Assembly (NCBI GenBank): GCA_032718475.1
Contig: JAUCBJ010005170.1
Coordinates: 1-56,068 of the forward strand
Direction of reading: 5' to 3'
DNA: 56,068 nucleotides
Source of the DNA: Nemertoderma westbladi
Taxonomy: Eukaryota > Animalia > Xenacoelomorpha
The translations under genes were made by a program, and so were the position numbers. Positions 1-11,378 of this stretch are shown one piece after another (the stretch's first letter is position 1; each line of letters begins with the position of its first letter). The notes beneath the pieces are model-generated. The model saw only the letters and a list, made by a program, of their open reading frames with translations, was not told where the DNA came from and ran no database searches.

Positions 1-975
1 ACATTCATGAATAAATACTGATCAACGTTAAACATTTTATGGTGACCTTTGGTGTTGGGTTTTTTGCAATATATAACGATATCGAAAGGTGAACTTCCGA
101 AATTAAAGGCCCTGGTCTATCCCGGATTGAAATTGAATTGACTTGTATACTATTAACGTGTTTACTATTGAACTATTACCTCTTCCAATGACAACCATTA
201 AAACCTTACCATACGACCTCTAAAATTAACCCTGAATAAATTACAGTATATTTGATGACTGCTCGATATTGTTTTAACTCTTTTAAAATTATGATGTACA
301 TTTTAATGTTTTAATTAATTAAACCGCTCGCTGAGGACGCCCGCGAGGGGGAAATGCTTATAAGGTGAAACCAAACTTTATATATTCTTATTCTTATTTG
401 TTGTAAGTCACTTTTTTGTCAATGTCGCTAACTAGTTTGACAAAAAAAGAACGGGTGCGGGCGGGTCGATTCGCCCCTCGAGCTATTCGCATCAAGTCTA
501 TTCACCCAAGTAATATAATATACAGTATGTAATATAATAATGAACAGGGTCTATACTATAACTAACTATCACTGTTCAAATATTTTTAGTTTAGGCCCCC
601 TATCTAGGTATCATTTTTTTATCATTCTAATTCAAAAATTATAATGATAAAGGTACACATGTTGGTCTAGTGCGATAATTTACAAATTACAATTACGTGT
701 AGGACTACTGTACAGCTGTGTAGTATATTGCATACATAGTCTGACAGTAGCCTAGACATGCTAGATAAATATTTAAAACAAACATATCAGCATGTAGCTA
801 GCCTGCTCATAAGTCATAATTCATTCTACATCTGCTGTTCTGCAGTTCTGTAATTATGCCCAACAGTTTATTGTTGCTCCATAAAACTCACTACAATTGA
901 ATCATCAAATCCCCTGATCATTTTGGGTTTTCTAACTAATAGTTTTAGAAAGTTCTAACAAGAATTAGTACCGTA

Positions 976-1013
976 AAAGGACAACTCTACTAGTAGTAGT
1001 AGAGTTGTCCTTG
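976..1013. mobile_element. 38-bp palindromic mini-MITE-like insertion
   Basis: Perfect 16-bp inverted arms AAGGACAACTCTACTA (977-992) and TAGTAGAGTTGTCCTT (997-1012). Flanked by 8-bp direct repeat GTACCGTA (968-975, 1014-1021). Confidence 0.5.
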
Positions 1014-1319
1014 GTACCGTATTAATCAGACTCAGAACATTACAGCATTAAATAATTTATAATTATATGTTGACTGCCACATGTCCCTAAAATCTGGGGG
1101 GAATAAGTCAAGGGGAGAATCGACTCCCACCCAAAAAGAACACGTCTTTTTTGTCAACAAAAAGGTAATGTTGAATTAAATTTCAAAGCAATTTTCATGA
1201 CATTGATTTTTTATACTAGCTAGTTTTTTCTACTTTTTTTATAAATGTTATAGAACAAAGTGTTAGTTATCAATTATGAGAAATATCGAATATACCCAAA
1301 ATCGTGAGAAAAAGTTTAA

Positions 1320-1945
1320 CTTATTTCGCTAGGGAAAAAAGTAACCCATATGATTGCATTGATTTAAAGTCGTAAAACTAAAGGAAGTATAATATTTTTA
1401 GTGGAATTTCTTAAATGTTATTACATATTGAAAGAGCGTCGGTTTAGAACAGGTTTGCAAGTAATTTGAGCAAAAACCATTCACACACTTAAAAGTTATT
1501 GCAACTTTAGTGTCTGCGAGGCGAACTCCAAAACGGAACTCAATATCCAACCTATTGGTTTAAGTTGTTAAGCGGCTCTCTAGTTACGTAATAAATATTC
1601 AAGAACACTAAATTATTTAACATTGAGTAAGGCAGCATCGGGAGTTGAAGAGTACAATAATTTGAATCGCAGTAACTATGGAAGCAATGTAGTTAAATAC
1701 TACAGTTCAATTTATTTTGTACCACTATATCGCTGTACTTTTATTAAAGAATTGAGCCACAAAAAGTACCAATTTAAGAAAAAAATTACGTATTAAAAGG
1801 GAAAAAAAGTAGATCATTTTTTTTTTAATATTCGCTCGACACTTTATTAACCTCGCTGGTGCTCGGTAAATAAAATTCCTCGAGAATAATGAAAAAAAGT
1901 TCTACTTTTTTTCCCATGTAATAAATAATGATAATTTAACACCTT
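1320..1945. repeat. Interspersed repeat, with other copies at ~49085-49660 and in pieces at ~44915-45030 and ~45870-46095
   Basis: Shared blocks with 49085-49660, e.g. AACTTTAGTGTCTGC(G/A)AGGCGAACTCCAAAACGGAACTCAATAT and CGCAGTAACTATGGAAGCAA. The 45-46 kb pieces share other, more diverged blocks. Boundaries approximate. Confidence 0.65.
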
Positions 1946-2016
1946 CGATGGAGACGACACAGAAGGTTTCAACTGCAGCAACTGGAAGAAATTAAATAAA
2001 TCACATTCAGCTATTT

Positions 2017-2616
2017 TCATATCGTTGCCGGTGAATGGGGCACCGGCAGTAACTGTTTCGGACCAATGAACTTGCTCATTCCGGCTCTGAATAGTTCCCA
2101 AGTGACCCCGTTGTCAGGGCAACGGATAACCGTACATCCCATAGCAGCAACGGTCTGGCAGTTACCCCATTGGTCATCGAAAAACAACATTTCTTCGGGT
2201 TTGGCACCGGTTTTCCTAGCAATGTTTTTAATATGGAGAGATTTCTTGGCTTTATAAATCTCTATGGGAGAGAAAACGTCTTTTAGATAAATGTTCGGTT
2301 TGGTTCTATCGTTCTCTATGTTAAACTTCTCCAAACATTCCTCAGCCCAGCTGGGTTCGTCGCAACAGCTGGCCACCGCGACGCGAGGGTTCCCATAGCA
2401 ACCGCTTACTAACTCCCTGAGTATCGCCGCAACGTCGCCCATCAACCGAACCTGGTTTCCGACCCGATCCCGGAGAGTTTCTCCGTAGTTCTCAGTCCGG
2501 AAGGGCGACCCGCCTCCTCCCCAGAGTTGGAACATCTCGGGATCCCAGACTGTGGCGTCCAGGTCGAATACGACCACAGCCGGAGGTTTACGGGGTGCGG
2601 TAAATCCGTTGGCCAT
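2017..2616 (-). CDS. MDP1: Magnesium-dependent phosphatase 1-like HAD phosphatase (Acid_PPase family), intronless, 199 aa
   Basis: HAD motif I VVFDLDATVW, motif II VAS, Lys in EIYKAKK, motif IV MLFFDD, and a C-terminal GCTVIRCPDNGVT matching the MDP-1 layout. Clean ATG-to-stop ORF. Confidence 0.85.
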   Translation of the reverse strand: MANGFTAPRKPPAVVVFDLDATVWDPEMFQLWGGGGSPFRTENYGETLRDRVGNQVRLMGDVAAILRELVSGCYGNPRVAVASCCDEPSWAEECLEKFNIENDRTKPNIYLKDVFSPIEIYKAKKSLHIKNIARKTGAKPEEMLFFDDQWGNCQTVAAMGCTVIRCPDNGVTWELFRAGMSKFIGPKQLLPVPHSPATI

Positions 2617-3079
2617 TATCTCATTATAGATAGACCTCCAACTACACTGAACTAATCCAGTAATCTGCTAATCACAAAACAATCTTTATTTATTAAATAC
2701 TGAAATGGACCTACCGTACCCGTTCATTTTAAAACTAATCATGACACAGTTTTAATTTTCCCACGTTGACACGGGTTACATTTGTAGCCCTTTGCATTTT
2801 ATCTTATTATTGGAGACAAGGGGGGAACTCGACGCAAATCCCAATCGACCCTTTTTTAGAGACTAATGGTCGCACCCAGCCGGCAGGTCGCGGCCTATCA
2901 CAAGCCTAATTGTCTAAATTAACTATAACTCATCACGTTTTCGGCAATATGATTGGTGTTATGCTTATTATACGGACGGCTAAATAATAATTTCTTAATA
3001 AAGTACTAAATGTACTTTATCTACTGTTCAGTAATACTATTTATATGATAATTATATTATTCTTATATAAGTTATACAG

Positions 3080-3612
3080 GTATAAAGGCGACTATTCGAC
3101 CCAGTGAACTGAGGGTAAGTCGCACGCAAGTGGTCGGTAGTTCGGCTTACATACAGTATATCATCATAGTCCAACAATAGACTATATGGAGGGTCGCTAA
3201 AAGTCGCAAAAATGTAGACTATAGGTGGAGCCGACTTTGCCGACCAAATCGACTCTTCCGAACACCTCATGGGCCGTGTATAAGGGGCGACTATTCGACC
3301 CAGTGAACTGAGAGTAAGTCGCAAGTGGTCGGCAGTTCGGTTTACATATATATCATCATAGGTCTACAATAGGCGAATTTGGCGAATATTCGACCCAGTG
3401 AACTGAGGGTAAGTCGCAAGTGGTCGGCTAGTCGGCTTAGATATTTCAAATACAGGGGTGGTCGGAAGAGTCGAATTGGTCGGCAAAGTCGGCTCCACCT
3501 ATAGTCTACATTAAAGTTTTGCGACTTTTAGCGACCCTCCATATAGTCTATTGTAGGCCTACAGTATGATGATATATGTAAGCCGAACTGCCGACCACTT
3601 GTGACTTACCCA
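3080..3612. repeat. Foldback/MITE-like repeat with direct and inverted copies
   Basis: GGCGACTATTCGACCCAGTGAACTGAG..GTAAGTCGCAAGTGGTCGG-like block three times (~3087, 3286, 3381). Region ~3115-3261 is inverted at ~3462-3610. Confidence 0.65.
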
Positions 3613-3785
3613 ATTAACATGGCTCCAAATGCCACCATAAATATAAGCTAACAAACTTATTTATAACATAATTTATATCATTTTTACATTTATTTATACA
3701 GCAACTAATATAATTTGTGCAGTTTCTATCACTTATAATATATGTAAATCATTTTGTAAAGTTAACATTTTGGAATAAAACTACA

Positions 3786-4055
3786 TACATACTTGTTGCA
3801 AAGTACTTTACAGTGTTCTGATCCTCGTGGCTTTATTTTCCCTCACTCACTAACGTTCGTTCGTGTAACAAAGCCACTCGGATCATCACACTGTAAAGTG
3901 CTACTTTACACACAAGTATGTAAATAGTTATTACAGTGTTCTGATCCTCGTGGCATTATTTTCCCTCACTCACTAACGTTCGTTCGTGTAACAAAGCCAC
4001 TCGGATCATCACACTGTAAATTGCTACTTTACACACAAGTATGTAAATAGTTATT
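3786..4055. repeat. Tandemly duplicated ~124-bp hairpin element
   Basis: Unit TACAGTGTTCTGATCCTCGTGGC...GCCACTCGGATCATCACACTGTAAA...CAAGTATGTAAATAGTTAT occurs twice. Each copy is internally self-complementary. Confidence 0.7.
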
Positions 4056-4415
4056 ATTTATTTATGGGGAATTATTTGTAATTATGCATTTAAACTTTCT
4101 AGAACAACCTAATTATTACGAGGTGACATATTGGATATACTGGACATACATAGTAAAATGTATGGCGTAGGGACATACTGAGAAATAATGTCGCACTGCG
4201 ATATAAAGCTGGAAAATACGTCGCCCTAACTACGTCGCGAAACTAATTCCATACTAATAAATAAATGTTTTTGTTTTTGTCTATAATGATTAATTGTTCT
4301 AGAACATTTTATTTATTACAGTATCGCATATATTTATTGTTACATTTATTGTAAATAGCATTTCAATTTATTTCTCTGCATGATTATCATTAGCTAGTAT
4401 ATTTAAATGGTATAA

Positions 4416-6257
4416 ATGTGGCCTGTTTTTAGGAACCGCACAAAAAAGTTTTGGTTCACATGCGAACAAAAAAAATATCGTTATTCGCTGGAGTATTTAA
4501 AACAAAAAGATGTAGATATCAAGATAACGTCCAGGTTCAGTAGACCCAGTCGTGGAAGAATTCTACCACCTGTAGAAGAAATAGAATCGGATGAAGATGA
4601 GCAGGCGGCTCAAATAGAGGAAGATGAAGACATAGAGGCGAACATTCCGAGCTCACCTCATCCGAACAATGCAGAACAATCAAACTGGCTGTGCAGAAAG
4701 CTGAGTGATTGTGACAAGCGGAAACTTTTAATCGCGGTAATAGGGATTTTTCTGCTGTCTATTACAACTGCAATAATATTAATAGCGCTGTTACCATATG
4801 TACCAGTTGTGTCGACCACCATTAGCTCAATACATTTAGGTTATGTCCCAGACACAAACGGTGTCTCCTCTACAACCGATGTCGCTGAAAGTACCACACC
4901 AACGGAGATAGATGGTGCCTCGTCTTCAACCAAGGCCGCTGAATGTAAAAGACTTACGGCCACAGATAGTGCCTCCTCTACAACCGAGGCCACTGAAAGT
5001 ACCCCACCAACGACCACAGATGGTTCCTCCTCTACAACCGCGGCTGCTGAAATTACCCCAAAAAACACAGATGGTGCCTCCTCTACAACCGAGGCCGCTG
5101 TAAGTACTGCACCAACGACCAGAGATGGTGCCTCCTCGACAACCGAGGCCGCTGTAAGTACCGCACCAAAGGAGACAGATGGTACCTCCTCTACAACCGA
5201 GGCTGCTGTAAGTTCCGCACCAACGACCACAGATGGTGCTTCTACAACCGAGGCCTCTGAAAGTACCCCACCAGCGACTACAGATGGTGCCTCCTCTACA
5301 ACCGAGGCCGCTGAAAGTACCACACCAACGACCACAGATGGTGCCTCCTCTACAACCGAGGCCGCTGAGAGTACAACACCAACGGCCACAGATGGTGCCT
5401 CCTCTACAACCGAGGCCGCTGAAAGTACCGAACCAACGACCACAGATGGTGCCTCCTCGACAACCGAGGCTTCTGAAAGTACCACACCAACGACCACAGA
5501 TGGTGCCTCCTCTACAACCGAGGCCGCTGAAAGTACCACACCAACGACCACAGATGGTGCCTCCTCTACAACCGAGGCCGCCGAAAGTCCCGCACCAACG
5601 ACCTCATACGGTGCCTCCCTAACAACCCCAATCACTGATACGACTCAGATAACGTTAGACACCTTCCCATGTGCCGGAAACAAGTTGCCAGAGAAAGTGG
5701 TTTCCAATGGAGATTTAAAGAAAACATATCTGCGATGCTATTATGGGAATAAACTTTTAATACAGGTACATGACAATGATAATTCCTTTGAGACCAACAA
5801 AGATTGGAAGGAATATAGAAAAGGTTTCGGTGACACCCATCGTTCTGGTTACTGGGTTGGTTTGGAGACTATTCATCTGATAACCAAAAGATGGGTATGC
5901 AAACTCGAAATTAAATTACTTATTCAGAGTAAAATCTCAAAACATAGTTATACTAATGTGAAGATCGGATCAGAACACACGAATTACACGTTTCAATACG
6001 ATAAATGGAGTTTCAGTGGTTATAAGGTGGGAGACGGAATGGTTGGAGCAAGAGGGAAACAATTCTCTACAATAGATAGAGATAACGATGACGATACCAG
6101 CACGTCATTGGCTGGAGATAGACGAAGCGGTTGGTGGCACACAAAGGAGTCTAGAACGGATCTCAACGGACACGTTACTGAGAATGGAACAAATTATAGC
6201 TATTGGGACAGAACTTTAAGTCATTTTAGTTATATCTACCTCATTGACTGCAAATAA
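4416..6257 (+). CDS. Type II membrane, mucin-stalk, fibrinogen C-terminal domain protein (FReD), intronless, 613 aa
   Basis: Basic KRK followed by hydrophobic LLIAVIGIFLLSITTAIILIALL (signal anchor); Thr/Ser-rich 16-aa repeats; fibrinogen-domain motifs FETNKDWKEYRKGFG, YWVGLETIHLIT, FSTIDRDND, SGWW. Confidence 0.88.
   Translation: MWPVFRNRTKKFWFTCEQKKYRYSLEYLKQKDVDIKITSRFSRPSRGRILPPVEEIESDEDEQAAQIEEDEDIEANIPSSPHPNNAEQSNWLCRKLSDCDKRKLLIAVIGIFLLSITTAIILIALLPYVPVVSTTISSIHLGYVPDTNGVSSTTDVAESTTPTEIDGASSSTKAAECKRLTATDSASSTTEATESTPPTTTDGSSSTTAAAEITPKNTDGASSTTEAAVSTAPTTRDGASSTTEAAVSTAPKETDGTSSTTEAAVSSAPTTTDGASTTEASESTPPATTDGASSTTEAAESTTPTTTDGASSTTEAAESTTPTATDGASSTTEAAESTEPTTTDGASSTTEASESTTPTTTDGASSTTEAAESTTPTTTDGASSTTEAAESPAPTTSYGASLTTPITDTTQITLDTFPCAGNKLPEKVVSNGDLKKTYLRCYYGNKLLIQVHDNDNSFETNKDWKEYRKGFGDTHRSGYWVGLETIHLITKRWVCKLEIKLLIQSKISKHSYTNVKIGSEHTNYTFQYDKWSFSGYKVGDGMVGARGKQFSTIDRDNDDDTSTSLAGDRRSGWWHTKESRTDLNGHVTENGTNYSYWDRTLSHFSYIYLIDCK
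4848..5620 (+). repeat. Coding 48-bp tandem repeat (TTDGASSTTEAAESTTP-like), about 16 units
   Basis: Recurrent ACAGATGGTGCCTCCTCTACAACCGAGGCCGCTGAAAGTACC units in frame with the FReD ORF. Confidence 0.9.
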
Positions 6258-7906
6258 CTTTAACTCGCCATAATGTTATCAATTACAAAGGATTACCGGT
6301 AATATCTGAGTATTTGTACAATCGTAATAGACAGACTTACAGTAACATCTAATGGCCTGTGTACATTCCAACAACACCAATTACCGGCTTCTTATAATAT
6401 TTTTTTTTCCAGTTGATTAACGCTGTAGAACATCATAATTTTTTTTCGAATCTGCGTTGACGGAGAGTGGTTGCTACAGGTGATGTTGTACACGTGTACC
6501 GGGGGAAGATAACGGGGAAGCTCATTTACCTTACTACATGTAATTCAACCTGTTGCGGTTACCTTTAAAGTGTTGTGTGACTCTACTCTAAGCTGCCAAT
6601 CATTTCATACATGACCACAGAACCAATCCCAAGGCCACCAATGACATAGCAGTGCATATTCCATTGCCATTGCATTGTCATTATAATTGTGTATAATGAT
6701 TCAAGATTCCTCCCTCCCCTACCTCTAATTATATTAAATGTTAATAAAGAAAGAAATTATAAAATATATTTTTATTCATAATTTTATTTATACAAAACTG
6801 TAAGCATAAAAAAATAGTAAGCTAATATGTATGCACGCACAAATATCTTCTTCAAAATTGACTTAATGTAATAATAATAATGATACGATATTTTTTTTGA
6901 AATCCGATATGTACGTTATAATAGCATGTACGGCCTACAGGTTAGTCAATTTAAATAATTTTATGAATTATATTCCAGTTAAGCGTAACGTAATCATAAT
7001 TTTCTCCAATATTGAAATCGGATTATTAATACATTATTAAATTCTGTTAATTTGTATTTTAATTAATTAATGGAGGGTTTTAACCGCCACCTAACAGCCA
7101 CCATTTTGCTCTTAGGTCCTGTAAAAGAAGGAACGAAATCTACTTTCTTTGCGATGTCATTTTTTGAGTTTTTTGTATAAATAAATATTGTAGTAGTATT
7201 TTTGGCTCTCTTACAGTTTGCCGTGCCACCTATTGCTATAATGTTGTTATAATGTTGCTATAATTTTGTTATAGAACAAATATTTTAAGATCATTTTATT
7301 ATATCAAAATATGGCTATAATGGCAAGGTAAAGTGTAAGAGTCCCGCATTTTTCTTTAGTCTTTTATAAGAAAACCACCATTTTTGATTGTTGGAATTAT
7401 GTAGTAACAGGAACCGAGATTTGCTAATAAAACAATTATTACGTGCCAAAGGGGGACCATTTTTTGGTTTATTTGTAGTAGTATCTACCTTCGCGCAGCA
7501 CGAGACTCAGTTATGAGATACAAAGTAAAATTGAGCGATTCTATCACAAAATCGGCATTTAATAAAACCGGCAATAAATCAAAGAAGGGGGGAAAGTTCC
7601 TCCCCTTCAACCCCCTTTTAATCTGCACCACCCCGACCCAAAGGCGCACAGAGGATTGATGAGGGGCAGGTATTAACAGAAAATTTGTGTTCGCGGTATT
7701 TTAAGTTAGCATAACGCGAGTTACATATTTTATTGATTTATATTTTATGAATGTGCCAATATCAGTGGTGGGTGCGGGAACACAAAATTTGGGCACATTC
7801 AATAGACTGGGGGCGATTTACGGGCGAACAGGACGCGGGATCCATCTCAGATATTTAAGGGCCATGGGTGGGGGGTAAAATCAAGCAATACTCTCGGCTG
7901 TCAGGG

Positions 7907-9222
7907 TGTAAAAGCTTCTGTGGGATATAACTGGCCCCTTTGCTTCGCAATCCAGTTTCCCCCCAGGCGCTGGAATACTCTAAAAAGGTTCTCTAACTGT
8001 ATATATATTCCCCTCGCCCTCAAGGTACCGTTACAGGTGTTTTAACGGACATAAAAGTCATTCTGCTATATACGTGTTTTAGCGGACATGGTAAGGCAAA
8101 AAACCTGCAATGCGACAAATACCTTTCATAGCTTAGCCGTGATGATTCATATTACGACATCTAACAGCTGGTTGCTGACATGGAAACAGCCATTGGACGC
8201 ATGGTTCTTTGTTTGGCTTGAGCCAATCAGAGCGATTTTTCCTGTCGACGTGTAGCTTTTCGGTCGATCATAGGGAGAGTGTTCAGTCTTACTTTTTTTT
8301 TCTTGATACTTTGTTGTTATTGCTGTCTAGGCCAGGAACAACGGCTCTAGAATCAATTCGTTTCATACTTTTAGAAGAAACATTAGTAGGCTAAATTATA
8401 GAGCGTATGACTGTTATCAATTCAATTCAATCCAATTCAATCCAACTCAATTCATATATCAATGCATATCAAATCAAATCCATTCACAATACTTTGTTGT
8501 TATTGCTGTCTAATTATCGGTTCAACATACATTATTATACTGCTGTTTACTGTTGTGTTTTGGTTGAATATCATTTGGAGAACATATATAAAGAACCCAA
8601 ATTTCCCAATTTTCTTGATACACTACAGGTTAGAGAGACGGGTTATATATAGCGATTGCGACTTATATTGTTGTGGTTTGTAGTGAATTTAATGCTATTT
8701 GATAAGCACTACATTGGTCCGTTGCTGTTCTCTTTATATATGATAAAATTCATTGACGGTCGGCAAATTAGTGAGCAGTATTGTGTGTTACCGGTAGTGT
8801 GCATGATTGTGATTGATAACTAAGCATTTCCTAAAGAATGCGCCTCATACGTGAATCTTAAGCCTTACCGACTTACCGTTGTGATTAGTATAAGTCATAT
8901 CTCGGTTTACTTAGATAGAGCGCCACGTCCTAAAGGAACTGTTAATATTTCCCGAAAGTAAATAATATTAGTCAGAAATTAATTATTAACGATCAATCGA
9001 ATAATACAATACAGTAAGCTTCACTGCAATAATAATTTAAGCCCTCAGAATCCAGTCTCCCGGGATTATCCAGCGGGTGAATGGACGCGCACTAGGCTGG
9101 CTTCTGCTAATGTTGTGTTTGTTGGTATTAAATATTTGTCATCTTCTAAAGTATATTTATAAACCAAAAGACATATAAATTTTGGCAGGTTAAACTGCTA
9201 AAGGTCTTCAAAAGCGCGTACA
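7907..9222 (+). repeat. 5' LTR of BEL/Pao element (1316 bp)
   Basis: Matches 24211-25513. By eye I see three substitutions and a 13-bp indel (CATCTTCTAAAGT present only here). Contains a CCAAT box (AGCCAATCAG ~8221) and a CAATT/CAATC microsatellite. Confidence 0.95.
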
Positions 9223-9519
9223 ATAACAGTCATTGACTTTATTGCAGTAAGCAATAAAGTTGAAAGTACCAGTCAACCGGTAAACCTGAACCGGTACTTC
9301 TGTAGGTCTGTAGGCCCAACTGTACTAACCGGTACTTCCAGTATAAGTACATTAGTATTATTCGATTTTGATTATTGCATACCGGTAGGCTGTTTAAGAG
9401 ATTAGGGACTGTACACCCCTTGTTTCTTTTGGAGCTTACTTATTTCTGTCAGTTTTATTTACATGTAAGTTAATATTGAGCTGAAGACGTGTAAGTCTGC
9501 TCAGATTGTTCAGATAATT

Positions 9520-10060
9520 GTAGGCCGGAATGTTGTCAGATTGTTGTTGGGTTTGGAGAGATTACGGCGTGTGTGGAGTTTGTCCGATAGAGTGCCAGTT
9601 AGTAAGTTGGGGCAGCCATTGCTGTAAGGTCAATCCCCTCTTAAAGAATAAGTCGTACTACCGTGTTAGAACGCATACTAACTAACAATTTTGGAATCTG
9701 CACATACTGTAGTTTATTTAGGCTTGACAGTATTCTGCCAGCGTTTTGGCTTGTGTTTGTTTGTGTGGTCTGTTCAGATACCGTAATAGTTATTACTCAG
9801 ATATTTTGTAGGCTGGATTGTTGTCTAGCTATTATTAGGTCTGAAGAGATTGCTGCTTGTGTAGAGTTTGTCTGATAAAGTGCCAGTTAGTAAGTTGGGG
9901 CAGTCATAACTGTAAGGTCAATCCCCTCTTAAAGAATAAGTCGTACTACCGTGTTAGAACGCATACTAACTAACCGTTTTGGAATCTGCACATACAGTAG
10001 TTTATTTAGGCTTGGTGGTAGTCTGCTAGCGTTTGGTTTGTATTTTGTTTGAGTATTCTG
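9520..10060 (+). repeat. ~289-bp direct duplication in the element's 5' leader
   Basis: AGTGCCAGTTAGTAAGTTGGGGCAG...CAATCCCCTCTTAAAGAATAAGTCGTACTACCGTGTTAGAACGCATACTAACTAAC occurs at ~9590 and ~9879. Confidence 0.8.
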
Positions 10061-11024
10061 TACGGGTAGCGTAATATTTATTATTCAGAGTTTATGCGAT
10101 TATTCGCAACATTCATGTCCCCAAGTTTATTCCTACAGTAATTGTGTTTGTTATACATACCGTTATAGTTAAATTAACCCCGGTACTACACGGGCTGCTT
10201 GGCGTAGGACAAGACTGGTGACTTTGTGCTCTGGTCACTCCAGCAGATGCCGTGGTTCTTTTAACTGTTCAAGTATATTTAACTACTGATTATTTGTTGT
10301 ACCAGTACTTGTACCTAATTTAGGGTTTAGTGTACAGTGCTTTCCGAGGTAATTAGTGTGTAGGCAGTATATTTGTGTTGTAAAGTGGTTAATAGGCACG
10401 CTGGATCTGGTAGTCCGCGGTAATTAACTTCCAGGTAGGAACACTCCGTGATACATAACGTAGTACCTATAGCGATACGGCTATAGGTCGTCAGGCGGTG
10501 GTATTTTCCTATCTGGACAGTGCAATATATTTACTACTACTTATTGTTTCAAATACCGTAGTACCCTGTCAGTTGTAATAACCAGAAATCTAACCCTTTG
10601 TTAGACTGGTTTGTAGACTTCCTGTAAAATTACCCTAAAAATTCATACGTAATATTTTTGTTGTGTTTAATTAGAGATTTAATCTCACCCGTATCGTAAG
10701 TAATTTGTAGTATTAAGTAACTTAGGTAAATTAGAATTATCTGTTTTAGTGTCCAATAAATAGCACTTCACTGAGAGCGCACAGCTTCTGTGTAGTGACT
10801 TCCCCCAGAAATAATAACATTTATTTCAAATATTGACAAAACCCATTTTAAACGGGTATATATCTATTATAAATCAATTCAAACGATTTATAAATAGTAG
10901 GCCTGCCATACAACAACTAGGTCTAAAGATCAGTTGGACTACTGCTTAAATAACGGTAACAAAGTAAGTTAAAGTAACCAAGTAACCCTAAAATATTCAG
11001 AAAATCAATTATTCTAAAATAATT

Positions 11025-11300
11025 GACATACCGGTATTTACCATAGGCTTATTATATTTATTTCTATAAATTTGAGCTGAAATCATACCGGTATTCTGCA
11101 ATTAATTCTAGTTCATAATTATACTTATATATACTATAAGTGTAAGCTGTATACCGGTATTCACGATAGGCCTATTATATATTATATATATTTGTGCTAA
11201 AATTATATACCGGTACTCTGTGACAAACCTAGTTTACAATACTTATATTATTATAAGTGCATACCGGTATTCTAATATACTGCAATAAATTACCGGTACT
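11025..11300 (+). repeat. Degenerate tandem repeat built on TACCGGTA palindromes upstream of gag
   Basis: Six TACCGGTA sites, mostly ~55-65 bp apart, forming two ~115-120-bp higher units. Confidence 0.6.
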
Positions 11301-11378
11301 AGGCCAACGGTCATACTGAATTACTAGACTTGCTTTAACTGTAACTATAGCAGTAGGCATTCAACTGTATAGCTAAAC

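Noticed and set aside
4841-5635. 264-aa Val/Ala-rich minus-strand ORF and Pro/Gln-rich alternative-frame ORFs
   Set aside because: Shadows of the FReD mucin repeat.
8209-8683. Short ORFs duplicated at 24513-24987
   Set aside because: They lie within the LTRs and are identical only because the LTRs are; composition is low-complexity.
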